Source: Eledone cirrhosa (lineage: Eukaryota). Taken from it: a stretch of 64,000 nucleotides of DNA. Below are positions 37,496 to 50,799 of this stretch, in pieces (positions within the stretch are counted from its first letter, which is position 1; each line of letters begins with the position of its first letter). The stretch spans positions 198,276,001 through 198,340,000 of the forward strand of contig OZ024743.1 of assembly GCA_964016885.1 (NCBI GenBank), read 5' to 3'. A program made the position numbers and the translations under genes. The notes below the pieces were generated by a model. It made no database searches. It was not told the origin of the DNA and saw only the letters and a program-made list of their open reading frames with translations.

Positions 37496-38144
37496 TCCTC
37501 CTCTCTATCTATCTATCTATCTATCTAGCACACACGCACACACACATATAATAGTATGTTATATCTGTACATCTGTCCGTACACACACAATTAAATCGTG
37601 TATATATATATATATACACACACGATTTAATTGGGTGTGTACGATATTCCATACATACATATACATCTCTACGTAATCGTGTATCTGTACACATAATGAC
37701 GTGTAACAGAACGTAATTATAGTCGTTAATGATGATACGTGTTGTTTTGTTTGTTCTGTCTATATTTCTACTGTTAAATGTATAACTGTGTTGTCAGTTA
37801 ATGTCAAATGTGCTCATAGCTATAATTTTATTGTTAACTACATTCTTTCTGACTAAGATGCACAAATAACTCATTTTCTGACGAACTTGACAGCAGAAAT
37901 TATGTTTTTAATTATCATTAATTCATTGCTAAGATTGTTAGAAGCTTTTGAATTTTATACTAGTAAAAGTGATAGTAAGTCAGAGAAAATCTCTTCCAGA
38001 CAGTTCATTTTACAGTTCATTACATCCAAATAAATTGTTGTTGTTGTTGTTGTTAGTGGTGGTTGTGGTCGTGGTGGTGGTTATTGTAGAAGTGTCAGAT
38101 CGATTGCGGGTGTCGTTGTGATTATAAAGTTCAGCAGATTGTTG

Positions 38145-38352
38145 ATTACCAGAATCGTTAAAGCATCAGATAGAGTACTTCATAATGTTTACTCCTATAG
38201 TCTGTTCTCTGAGTTCAATCCCTACCAATGTCAACTTTACCTTTCGTCCTTCCGACTTTCATAAAATAAACAACCATTCAAGCAGTAAGTTCGATATTAT
38301 AAAAATTCTCCTCCCAGTATGATTGTTGACCTTGTGCCAAAATTAGAAACTG
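38145..38352 (+). mobile_element. Old, diverged tRNA-derived SINE
   Basis: ctgagttcaatccctacc..tcaactttacctttcgtccttccg..ataaaataaa..gaccttgtgccaaaattagaaac. Confidence 0.7.
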
Positions 38353-39371
38353 ATATGGCGTTGGGTTTCTTGTTATTGTTGTTGTTGCTGTTAATTATGG
38401 TGCTCATGTTACGGTGTTGGTGTTGATGGTGTTGATTTCTGTATTGCGTTGTTACATATACAGAGATACGAAACTATAGGTATGTGCATGACGCACCAGC
38501 TCTGCCTGCTTACTTGCGCTGTCGTCAGTTATGAAATCCAAGCATACAAATACAGCTTTATCCCAATTTATATAAGAGATATCGCTCCCGACATCGGCTA
38601 CATCTCTCTCTCTCTGGTTGTATATCAGCGAAAATTCTCTGTGTCTAATGATGCAGAGATGAGTTGTTTTTTTTACTCTTATTTGGATAAATACGGGAAG
38701 GAATTTCCTTTGGATACATATTTCAGCAAGGCCGCGTATGTTACACACCTCTCTATTGCTAATGACGCTTGCGAATTCAATAATAACAGTGAGGTCAGTG
38801 TTGTTCAGAACAGAGCTTTTGCTCATTAATTTGGCTTGTTTACTTCGTTTGGAAAATATGTGTATGTGTTGTTATTGTTAACGTTATCATTCAAATGTTT
38901 ATTTATTCTTAATTTTGTCAGAATATGATTATTTTCTTTTCGTCTACATATATGACACCAGCTGACACTTGGTTACGTTTAGTGTGTGTGTAGGGCTCTG
39001 TTGCAAGCCTTTAGGCTACGCCACCGGTTTGGATACCTCCATCTTACCAGTTTTGGAGGCAATGGAAGGCTCATTGGCAATGACCTTCCCTCCTTGACTA
39101 ATCACTGTTTTTAGGGCGTGATTCTCCGGCGAGAATCTGGCCCATTAAATACATAAGGAAGAAACATGCCAAATATTGACAGACTTTATGTGTCACGCAG
39201 ACATCCAACACGTTCAGAAAGTGTCCCACTAAGAATTATATAAAAAGCAATATTTTGACATAAGATGTACTTGGTAAAATATCTTCGGGGTGAGGTGAAG
39301 ACGTCATCTGAAAGCAACATTCAATAATAATGATGATGATGATGATGATGACAACAATAACAATAATAATA

Positions 39372-39578
39372 AGGATTTCTACTATAGGCACAAGGCCAGC
39401 AATTTGGGGTGAAGGAAAAGTGGACTAAATCGACCCCAGTGCGTGACTGGTACTTAATTTTATCGACCCCGTAAAGATCAAAGGCAAAGTTAACCTCAGC
39501 GGGATTTGAACTCGGATTATAAAGGGCCATAACTCAATGCCGTGAAGCATGTTGTGCGAAGCTCTACCGATACTGCCA
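39372..39578 (-). mobile_element. tRNA-derived SINE (long form)
   Basis: Full family consensus on the minus strand, with an (ATT)/(ATC) tail at about 39323-39371. Confidence 0.9.
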
Positions 39579-39579
39579 T

Positions 39580-39745
39580 AATATAAGGAATGTTTTGCTC
39601 ATGCTCAGAAATGCTATAAGAAACTTGTAAAGTAAAGGAAAATGTTGCAATCGGCCGCACCTTTTTTTCCGTCTCAAAGAATCGGTGCCCGATATTAGAA
39701 GCTATTTTCTAGCATCTCTGCGCATGTTCACACCATTCTTTGTAT
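39580..39745. repeat. Small MITE-like imperfect inverted repeat
   Basis: aaggaatgttttgctcatgctcagaaatgcta versus tagcatctctgcgcatgttcacaccattcttt. Confidence 0.45.
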
Positions 39746-39814
39746 TAACTTATACCCTCAGTGTTTCATAAAAGTCTGAGAGATCGGCTACGTATAAACG
39801 AGTTTTGTTGAATA

Positions 39815-40000
39815 ATAATTGTTTCTATTTTTGGCACAAGGCCAGCAATTACCCAGTGCATTACTGGTACTTTATTTTATCGACCCCGTAAGGATGAAAG
39901 GCAAAGTTAACCTCGGCGGGATTTGAACTCAGAATGGCAAGGGCCGTAACTATGCTGGAAAGCATGGCCTCCGACTCTCTACCGATACTACCAATCCACC
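39815..40000 (-). mobile_element. tRNA-derived SINE (short form), complete
   Basis: Near-identical to 23858-24040; flanked by gaataataat and gaatgataat (possible target-site duplication). Confidence 0.92.
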
Positions 40001-43000
40001 GAATGATAATAATATTTAAATGAAATTAAAAGAACATACTTTTCTTCGTGGCCTTCTGATTATTTAAAACATAGCAATAACAGAAATGTTATAAAGACAA
40101 TTAGATGAACAGTAATGTTTATTCAAAATAACGGATGTTATACCTCTTATTATTAAAACCTGGTTACACTTTCAACAAGCTTAGGCAGAATATTACAAAT
40201 GGCTACTATAACAAATCAACGTGAAATATATACAACTTAGTAGGTACATTCAAATAACGGAAACATATTGAAATATGTATTACAATCTATCCGGAAATAA
40301 ACATAGAAAATATAATTCATGAAATTAGAGATTTTTCATATGGTCTATATTAACAAGAAAAACGTGTTCTTTTAATCTGATGCTGAAATCTATAAAAAGT
40401 ATAACCTTAACAAAATCAAATAAATCCCAGCATCAGATGTCTTCTGCGAACCTCCGTTCAACCGAAAGCAACTACTTCAAACAGCCGAGCCGTAATTAGT
40501 AGTTCATGGTCTTAAAAGAAATGGAAATCTCAGTCACGGAGGGAAGCGGAACATATTTCGTTATTATACTTAAGATAACTTTTATACACACGTGAAGAAT
40601 ACGTAAAAAGAGAAAACTGTTAACTATGTTTTATAAAGTACACGAAAATATAATTACATGATAGACAAACAATTATTATATAGAAATGAACTTTAACCAT
40701 TCTGAGCTAAATATTATATATAAGCAAAAATATATATTTTTAAAACCAAGTAGGAGATATATATGAAATGAGTACGTCCCAAAGCAAATGATATTTTAAA
40801 ATAAAAATTCGGAAAATCGAGTGTAGGGACCTAAAAAACTGGTGAGAAGCGTTTGTAAAGCATCTAACCGTGTATCTCTCAGAGTTCTGGCGTGTGCCTT
40901 AGCCACTACGCCAACGAGTCGATTGTCATCAATTCCGTCTTTTTAGAAAATAATTTAGAACGTCATTTGTGTTGAAATGTACGTATTTCGAATTTCAAAT
41001 ATTTCTAATGATTCATAAGTAAAACATTTTGTTTACAAACAGAAAATATTAAGACACGATATGAAGTGAAAAACAAAAAAGGACAACACATCATAAGCTC
41101 ATATAGACTAATATATATATCTTTGTCATCTGATAATTAGATTAACAAAGATCGTTATAAAGAGTAACTAAACCTTATGTTTACAAATACAGAACAAAAC
41201 ACGAGGAGAAATGAGAAACACTAGAATATTCTAACAATCTAAATGATCTAAGATGTAAAGAATATGAAAATATTTTAATTACAAAAAAATTATTCGATAT
41301 CAAGGAAGCCAACAAAAAATCACCATGGATATTAAAATCTAAAAAAAACATGTTAATATCCAAGTGAAAATCTGGAAATCAATAACAGCATCAAGCATTG
41401 CACATGGACAGAGTCAACCAAAAATCTCATATTTATGCTAGAAATAGCAACCAAATTTCACAAAAATCACAGTCCCACCGTTCTGAAAAGAGAACGAAGA
41501 GGCAATGATGACGTATCTGTTCGATCACTTTAACCGCTGGAAATAGCAGCCAAATCGTCCTCAAAGGATGTTAACAGAAATGGGTAGCCCTTGGTATATG
41601 CTGATCATATGCTGATCATCGGTATGACCTGGGGATAAACACTAACAAAAACAAAAATAATATCATATTTATGAGCAACTAATATGTGTCTATTTTCTAG
41701 ATGTGTAGGGTCTAGAATTTCTGACCAAGAATACCATAGTAGCAATATGTCTCCTAATGACCAAAAGAACATGTTTCTCTGAAAGAAAAAGGACTGGCTG
41801 TTTTTATCCTATTAGAAGAGGTTGATTATCATATTTTGGTTTAAATTTGTGCGTTAAGTAGTATTGTTATAACGAGTAACTTAACCTAATGATGACAAAA
41901 ATAGAACAAAACACAACGAAAATTTGAAACCAAAAGCAGGCTAACATAGCCAGCTTTTGGTTTCAATGAATTTGTAATACGAAGTTCGGTGATGCAAAGA
42001 TGTACTTGAAAGTTTGAAGTGGATGTCTTTGCATGATAACGTGATGAGAAGGCTGTATCACTCGTGTTCAAGATACAAACAGTTAGAATAAAGATCTGGA
42101 GATTTTTTTTAGTCGCACATAAATGACAACGGCTACTCTAAACAAAGTTGATAAATGTGTGAAATCCATCTTCAAAGAAATAAAATTACAGTAATCCTGA
42201 ATTTAATGAATAAGTAACGGAATGACATATATACATATGATAATGAATTGCTCAACACACATGGTAGTTACAAAAGTGAAAATTAGATTGATTAGATTTG
42301 TATACTGAACAGAATGAAATATTTCGAGCAAAACAGTAGACATTTATGTGTTAACCATGCTTTTGTTAAGATACAGACATAATATAATCAAGAAATAAAA
42401 TGAATGACATCATTTAGACCCTGACGTCGAAAAATAGACATTGACAGATTACATGTATTGTGGTCAAACAATAGATGAGAACTTTTACAAGTAGAAACTG
42501 TATAATATCACTTCTTTAAACTTAAATGAATAGAAAACAGAAGGGAAAGAAAACAGTAATAGCAAACTGGCTGGAAGAAACATAGAAAAAAACATATTTA
42601 TTTTCAAGAAAGCAAATACATATGACGAAACAAATTTAGCGTAAGAGACAACGAGCAATGAGAATAAAATAAAAGCAAAGAAACAAAATACACATTTTAT
42701 TTTACTGGAATATAGTAAAAATATGAATGTCAGATTTTAGTGATATATCCAATGAATTGCAATATGTAAATACTGTGCGTGGTTTATAGAAGATATAACT
42801 TAGGTAGCAAATACGAAAAATTTAACATGGTTGAGTTTGAAGTGAAATGGGATGCAACCGGTTAAAGCTAGAAACAACACAAATTATAGTAGTTGCTGGA
42901 GAGTTAAGGATAGAAAATGTGGGGTGGAAGATTGGTGTTGTTTCTCTCTGAATAAATCTATTGCTTCCATAGGCGTCCCATTTTTTAGAGATAACTAAGA

Positions 43001-45114
43001 ACATACTGAATACGTCCGTTCGTTTCCCAAACGACAAGGTTTCATTTTAAGATTATTTGGCTGTTTTTCTAGTAAGTCGAAAACCCCATATAGTCTCCCT
43101 CATACCGATAGTGAGAAAAAAACATTCTAATCATTACTAAATCGTCTTTTTTCAAAACACAGAATATCTAGAACTACATTACTCAATAGGTCATTTTTTT
43201 CTAAGTTTAAGGTATGATTTAAGTAATATGTGGTTACAATTTCCTGAAAACCGAGCCACTACGTAGATGTCTTTTCTTGGATAGTGGACTCTGTTATATG
43301 CATGAGTAAATAACCATATAATTAAATACATGGTTTCATGCAGTTGTTGGATACTAATGACCCTAGGTGGATATGAAGTAGAGGTACAAATAGAAATTTT
43401 GGATAGTTTAACTAGTCAAATATGCAATGACTGCAGAATCTAGTACACAACTAATGAATATGGCTGTTTTATAAGAATGTAGAAGTGATTTGCTAAACTT
43501 AATTTGTGACCCTTCATTTCTTTGTTGAATCGTGCATGCTGCTACATACAGAAAGTTTCCTGAATCTGTAGTGTCAATTCCTTTGTACTTTCCGCCCGAA
43601 ATGTGGCTGGAAAATAAGTTTATATTTTAGACTGTCATTTTGGCAGCGTGAAAATATATTTGATATCCAGCTAAAATTGTTAACGATGACATAAGTCATG
43701 GGATCTTAAAAGGTCTGATATTGTTGATAGAAATAAAAAATAAAAGTTCTCGATTTTAATGTGTTTCTAAACAGCTCGTCAGGAATAAACGTAACCGATT
43801 GAATCAATTTACGCATTCATTATTCATTACAAGATAGAGAGAGAGTAAACTGTCGCTATCATATTTGTTTGTTCGTTTGCGTTACGTTCACTTTAAATGT
43901 AAAGATTGATTTGTTCTGTTAATTTTTTAAAATTTTATTCTTGACATCAATTTTATCGCTAAAATGATTCAGTTGTCTATTACCCAGTCGACGTATTTGT
44001 TCCTTCTGGTGCTTATTTCTTTTATTGTAAAAGAGTAATGATTGATATCTGACTTAGTCCTAGAATGAATATTCAGAGTTTATCTTTCAAAGCACGTCTG
44101 TTAATAAAAGTAGAAGAAAAAGTCCAACAAAAAGGAAATAACATTATATAGAATCAAGATAAAAAGAAAACAAAGAAATCTGGAAGCAATCTGTTATGAT
44201 TACGACAGCAAGACAATAGAGAAAAAGAAAATATGTTTTTATTTTCCGCTTGTCGAAAGTTCCGTTCTCTTAACAAATGCTTCCTGTTAGTTGTTAGACT
44301 CTGCGGGGTGGGTTTACATTATCTGGCCATTTTATTTTTCAGTAATTGAAATGTTAAATTGTTCAGGAAGGAAATTGAATTATAATAGATTTCTATCGTA
44401 TCATTTGGGAAAATTTGAAATATTTCTTTCTTTTTTCTTAAATTTACAAGTGAGATAAAGAAACGAGATATATTTTATGAATCGGCTGAAATTTGAAGCC
44501 AGATAATTGAGCCACCATTGAATAGAGATAACTATTAACTAGTTGCTTAGCAGTTCATGACACCAAACAATGTTGTTTAATAAATCTAGATAAGATATCA
44601 GAAAGTATAAATTGACACTTGTTTTTCTTCTTTTTAAATAGTGATGCGTTTTATGAGAGTATCAGTACTTTGATATCTATTTATAGAACTCAATAATGCC
44701 AGAATGACATTGATATACGTTTAATGATCTCGATTCAGTACTTTGGTGTGGTTAAATTGAAAGATTTGAAAATAAAAATATTTAAGTGATTTAAAAAAGA
44801 AACAAATATTTAAATGATTTCTTAATATATTATTCGGAGTGGTGGTATTTTCTACGTAAATCAGTAGAGACTTCTGGTGTTCTTGGCCCTAGGACCACCC
44901 CCCTACTCATCGTCGTCACAGAGGTGGCTATCCGCTGATGTGAGTCTCACGAGCTGGAATGGCTTGTTCATCACGTCTCCTTCACTTTCCTTCTCTATTC
45001 TGTCCGCTGGGACCACGGAGTGGCCAGCGCGTGGGCTCCCATTTGCATATAATAGTGAGAGATGGTGAGATAGTGAGAAAGAGTGAGAGAGAGTGAGAGA
45101 GAGAGTGAGAGAGA

Positions 45115-45145
<31 letters not shown>

Positions 45146-45321
45146 GCAGTGAGTGAAAGTGAGAGAACATCGATGCATACACACATTCGCTACACTTGTG
45201 TGTGTATATGTTACGAATAACTACACTAAAGGGCTGGTAGTGTAAATTTAATCTCCCGTTCTCTTTTGCTCTATCTATCTCTCTATCTCGCTCTATCTCT
45301 CTGCCTGCCTATCTATCTATC

Positions 45322-46785
45322 AAACCCATACCTTCCGACAGTGTTGTTGGACGCTAGACGGAAGGGCCGGTGAAATTGCTCGGGGTCATGTGGACAAGAA
45401 CTGAAACGAGGTCACGGCAAAGGTGTTTGCACTCACTCAGAAGTGGGCTGAGTGCAAACTCTCCTTGAAAGGTCGAGCGGAGGTGGCGAACACTTACATA
45501 GCGTCCGTCATCTACTACCGCTTGACAGTTGTGCCTTGTCCCCGCGAATACCTCACCAAAATGGAACGATAATCTTCAAGTTCCTCTGGAAGAAACAGGC
45601 TCCATTGGTGAGGAGATCCATCTGCTGTGAACACCCTTGTAACAGAGGGCTGGGCATGCCGTGGTTCATGATGCGCAAACACGCGCTGAGACTACGCCAT
45701 CTCCAGGTATTCCTGACCGGTGAACCGGTGTGGCTGTCGTTTGTGAGACGACCTCTTCCACAACTTGTCTCACTAACAGAGCTGCAGTCCTGGGTCAAGC
45801 GAAGACCGAAAATGGGCGCCTGGCACCTCGAGTGCCTTCAGGCGCTCACAGCCCTCTACCAAGCGGAAACGGCAATCAGCGGAGACTCCACTTCGACATT
45901 CTATAGGGGATTAGTGGAGGAAAGGAGGGACGACGTTCTCGAGAAAACTCTAGGCATTGAGGAGGACGAACTGACCAGTCTGTTCGGGAGGACTTTCCGT
46001 CCAGGGCCTATGGATAACTTCCAGGGGTCTCTGGCCTGGCATTGTTACCGAGGAGCTTTACCAGTTAGAGACAAAATCTACAGGCACGGACGCACAGGCA
46101 GAGATAATGCCAAAAGGACCTGTCCAAGATGCGAGCAGGACATCGAAACCGTTCTGCACGCAAATTTCAGTGACCAGGGGTGACCTACGTGTGGAATTAT
46201 GTCGAACAGCTACTGTCACGTGTAGGACGCATCCAGTTGTCAGTCGAGTCCATCGTGGGTATCACCCCACCACCTTCATTTAAGAATGAAGGAGAGGCGG
46301 TCTTCCTCTGCCTGGTGGCTAAGGCGAAAGAGGTAATATGGTGGTAATTAAAAGGACTGAGGGCAAGCACCTTTCTCTCCGGACAACAACTCACCCCCTT
46401 CTTTAAGTACCATTTCAGAAGGAAGGTGAGAGTGGATAGAGAGGTGCTACACCCCAGTAAATTCGCTGAAAGGTGGGTGAATGTGGCGAAAATGGCCCGG
46501 GTGAATGGCTCTTCTCTGTATATAAACCTGTAGGTTGAGGAAGATAAACAGAGGGAAGACGGGAACACCTACAAAACGTGTTCCTTCTGTTGAGGGTTGT
46601 TCTATCTACGGGGTGTAAAACAACCCCGCAGTAGCGTTACGCCCCCCCCCCCATGGGGATTTCAATTGTTTTATTTTTATATAGTTTATTGTTATTTATC
46701 ATTGTTAAAGATTTTATGTAAAACCCCCGCCGTCACGTCTTATAATGTCCCATTTTTGTACGCCCCTGTGGCAAATAAAGAAAGA
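45322..46785 (+). mobile_element. 5'-truncated Tx1/L1-clade LINE (ORF2 3' part plus 3' UTR)
   Basis: KPIPSDSVVGR*TEGPVKLLGV..FLWKKQAPLVRRSICC..GGLGMP-like..RGALPVRDK..CPRCEQDIETVLH; ends GTGGCAAATAAAGAAAGA; (TATC)n on both sides. Confidence 0.93.
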
Positions 46786-47418
46786 TATCTATCTATCTAT
46801 CTATCAGTTTGTCTATCTATCTCTCTGCATATATTTGAACCACACTATGTAATTTCTTGGAATAAAATACGAGTGCTTATAAATTAAGAACTTACAATAC
46901 ATATACGTCATACTTCATTAAAGTCGAGCGTCCGAGTAAAAAATTCTTCCATTAGTTCGGTTATACAGTACTAGTTTGCTTTTGATGCATTAAATTGTTC
47001 TTGCTGGCGAATAAACGACACCCGTATTTACGCCATCACTTTGCATATAGGTGTCTTTCTCGGATTTTACATCTGAGATATATTCAACAGTTTAGGAAGC
47101 GCTGCAAAACGTCATGGGTGCAGTCCTCCTCCTGTCTCTGAATAAGCTAGTAAAAATAAAACAAAAAACAAATGTCTTCTCCAGCATTTATTCTGTATTT
47201 TTTTGCTGGAGAAAATGTGTCTCTTATCTTTTCTAAGGAGCTGTGAATATAGACTTCATAATCTCTACGGGGACCATGAAGCCAAATGTCGTACAATCAG
47301 ATGCTTAAGACTAGTGGAAATCGAGTTAAGCATCGGCCTGATATGTCTCCAAGCATGGGAGAGACTAAATACATTTTAACTAACAAATTTGTTGGTTTTG
47401 TGCTTGAATTATAAATCA

Positions 47419-47449
<31 letters not shown>

Positions 47450-47489
47450 TATATATATATAGGTATATGTGTGTGTGTGTGTGTGTGTA

Positions 47490-47649
47490 TCCTGGGTTCA
47501 ATCAGAGATAACCACAGTAAGGTACTCAATACATAGCAGCGTATAAATATTTAATATAGAGATGGCTTCTACGGGACTAGAACTGTTTCATTCAAAGGAA
47601 CCTGATGATTTCCTTCGAATGAAACAGTTCTAATCCTGTAGAAGCTATT

Positions 47650-47652
<3 letters not shown>
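47490..47652. mobile_element. Small fold-back element with a hammerhead-like core (copy 2, homologous to 4998-5192)
   Basis: Shared gttcaatca..aactcaatacat..tttaatataga..ggactagaa sequence; palindrome about 47557-47652 with CTGATGA at 47602-47608. Confidence 0.6.
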
Positions 47653-47743
<91 letters not shown>

Positions 47744-49034
47744 TATTTATATTCAAAGAAAAATAATTATTCGTGTTTAAACAGTTATAATATGTATTAT
47801 ACCAAAAAAACAACAACTAATATTTCTATAGCAGTAGAATATTTCAGTAAATTGTATCAGAATAGCTGTTTGAACTTTAACCTTACTACAATTAGAACAA
47901 CGTAGAGCCTTTAAGGGGAATTTATTCTCAAGTGGTATATTGTTGCTGTTGTGTTTCGGTACCCCTTCCCTTTGCTGAATACTACTTTACAATAAATGCA
48001 AACATTTTCTGTAAATTCCTGAGGTCGGGTAACATCTATACCCTGCACCCTCCCCCTGTTAGGCATTGATCATCGAATTTGAGATGTAGGGCAACGACTC
48101 ACAAGTCTCTGACGAAATCGCTTTTATTAGCTACGGTAAACATTTAACAAAACGATTTCTTTTCTGTTCTAACATAGATGAAAATCAATCTCATGAACTG
48201 ATAATACATTTACAGTTTAACAAAACACCCTTCTCTATTTTCAAGCAGCTTTTTTTTTTATTATATATAAACTATCTCGGAAGCTTAATCATTCCTTTCT
48301 TGTTTGACTCGTCTCTAAAAAGTAGATATAATTGTTTGTCAACTAGAAATGAATTCTTTGCACTCTTTGTGCACTTAAAAGCTGAAAGCTCTCAAAACGA
48401 TTTCCATTGGCACGTACACGGTTCTTCGATCCTATATTTGTTTGTGGCTTTCCACATTTGTTATTCTTTATCACGTATTTACCATTATGACTGATTTAGC
48501 TGTTTCATATTTGTAGATCTAAATAATGCAGAGGGCTTAGTCGGTGCCATGGCACCGTTTTATAACCACCTCTGTTGAATGTCGTGCAATTTGTCTATTG
48601 TCAGCTGAAAAAAAAATGTTGTAAAGGGGAAGAAAGCATTTAGACAAAGTGACATTGACACGTACTTGGTGACTTATATAAATACAGAGGTCTCTGTAGA
48701 CACATGAAATCACGTTAAAAGCTTAAGAATGAGTGAATTAAAAGAGGAAGAAGAACAAGACATAAACAGAGTGCGAAAGAAATAGAAAACAAAAGAACGT
48801 GAAAAGGAAGTAACTCTGAAATGAAGAGATTGTGGATGTAGGAGTGGGGATAAATAGAGAAAATAAGAGAATTTGAAATTAAATAAAAGAGTATCATGAA
48901 CAGGAAAATATAAATAAAATTTAAACATAGAAGTCAATTGAATAAACTATAACACCAGGGCAATAATGATGAGATTAATATGGTGTTGCACATGGTAAAG
49001 AGAAGTTAAAACATAGAAATGGGGAATAGTAATA

Positions 49035-49585
49035 ATAATTGTTTCTACTTTTGGCACAAGGCCAGCAATTATCCCAGTGTATTACTGGTACTTTATTTTA
49101 TCGACTCCGTAAGGATGAAAGACAAAGTTAACCTTGGCGGGATTTGAACTCAGATCATAAAGGGCCGTAACTCTATACTGCGAATCCACCAATAATAATG
49201 GTTTCTGATTTAGGCAAAAGGTCAGTATTTTGTGGGGAGGAGAAAGTCGATTAAATCGACCCTAGTGTGTTAATGGTGCTTTATTTTAACGACACCGTAA
49301 GGATGAAAGGTGAACTAACACCGGCGGGATTTTAACTCAGAACATAAAGGGACATAACGATACTGCCAATTAATAATTACTTCTAGTATAGTCACAAGGC
49401 CAGTAATTTGGGGGGGGGAAGTTGATTAAATCGACCACAGTGCGTTATTGGTGCTTTATTTTATCGACCACGTAAGGATGAAAGGCAAAGTTAACCTCGG
49501 TGGGATTTGAATTCAGTCCGTAAAGGTCCATAACTCTATGCTGCAACGCATGGTGTTCGACTCTACCGATACTGCCATTCCACCG
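49035..49585 (-). mobile_element. Cluster of three tandem tRNA-derived SINEs (one short form, two long form)
   Basis: Three repeats of ggtactttattttatcgac..cgtaaggatgaaagg..ggatttgaactcag at about 49035-49190, 49198-49370 and 49378-49585. Confidence 0.88.
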
Positions 49586-49620
49586 GCCTCATACTTTTAA
49601 TTAATAATACTAGTAATAAT

Positions 49621-50690
49621 GTTTTCTTTATTAGCCACACAGGGTTCACATTAAGAAAATATGAAGGACGGCACGGTGCTACAGAGGGGGCTTGTCGTAT
49701 GTAAAAATGTGTAACAAAGTAAGGTTTTAAGAAAGAAAAATATGTAAAATATTTAAACTAAATGCATCCTCAATGAGGGGTAGGGGCTTCCGAGGGTTAC
49801 ATGTTGAGAAGGCTCACAGAAAGCCACGATCAGCCTGGTCGCTAGGCTAAGAACCTCAACACAATTGTTCCCCTCCAACCTACACGCGCATGCTCAGAGC
49901 CACGCATGCCAACAAACTGGTTGGAAGGTAGCACATCACTCTCCACTCTGATTTTCCCTTACAAGTGACACCTGAAAAAGTCACTCAGGTGCTTGTCTTC
50001 AAACCATTCAAACCTCTCCATCACACGGCCTCTTTCACCAGGGTCACCTGGCAGATAAAAACTGCCTGACCTTCTCGGCTAAAGGAAGACGGTAGAGTAA
50101 TCTTCAGGTTGGACTCAGCTGATAGCGGATCCATATTTCATGTGACAGCAGGTGTTTCAAGTAAACCATTAAGTCTACAATACTTGGACACTGGACTAAG
50201 GCGTTCAGGCCCGGTTAATGACATTTCTCTGTTGGTAGAATTTATTTCGAACTGGCAATGCTGCCCGGTAGTACTGCCAGACCAGGGATTTCTGGAAGTC
50301 ATCCATGGGCCCTAGAGTAGCTAGTTGGTTTTCATGGACGTCTAAAAGCTCTCCACGCTGTCGTTTTTATTAGCCATAACCTCTCTATAGTACGCCAATG
50401 TGTAGTTACTACTGATCGAACAGTCAGATTAGCTGATGGCAGTGAGCGTTTGAAGACATTCTTGTTTAAAAGCACTCCTTCTCGGTCTTCGCTTGATCCA
50501 GGATAACAGCTCTCTCAAGGAGACGAGCTGTGGAAATATGAGCCTAGCGAATGGCGACAACACCTGTTCTAATTCGAGGTAAAGCTGGAGATGATGTAGC
50601 GCCAGCTCATATTTACTCATCATCAGTCTCAGCATGACCAATACTCTATGCAGCGAGTGTTGGCAGCAAATGGACCGTCTGACCAGTGAA
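49621..50690 (-). mobile_element. Heavily decayed Tx1/L1-clade LINE 3' fragment
   Basis: Minus strand VSLVRRSICCQH..ELALHHLQLYL..FPQLVSLRELLSWIKRRPR..ECLQTLTAI, then KIRVESDVLPSNQFVGM; 3' end GTGGCTAATAAAGAAAAC followed by an ATT-rich tract. Confidence 0.85.
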
Positions 50691-50799
50691 ACAATATCAG
50701 TGTCACATTATCAGAAGGTCAAAGAACAAACGATTCAGTGCTGTCAGACGTGGATCAGATAAAGGCACGTGGATCAGATCAAGGCACCATGGTCGGATG

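Noticed and set aside
37877-37905. CTGACGA...GAAA
   Set aside because: The intervening sequence does not form stem II and the flanks do not pair.
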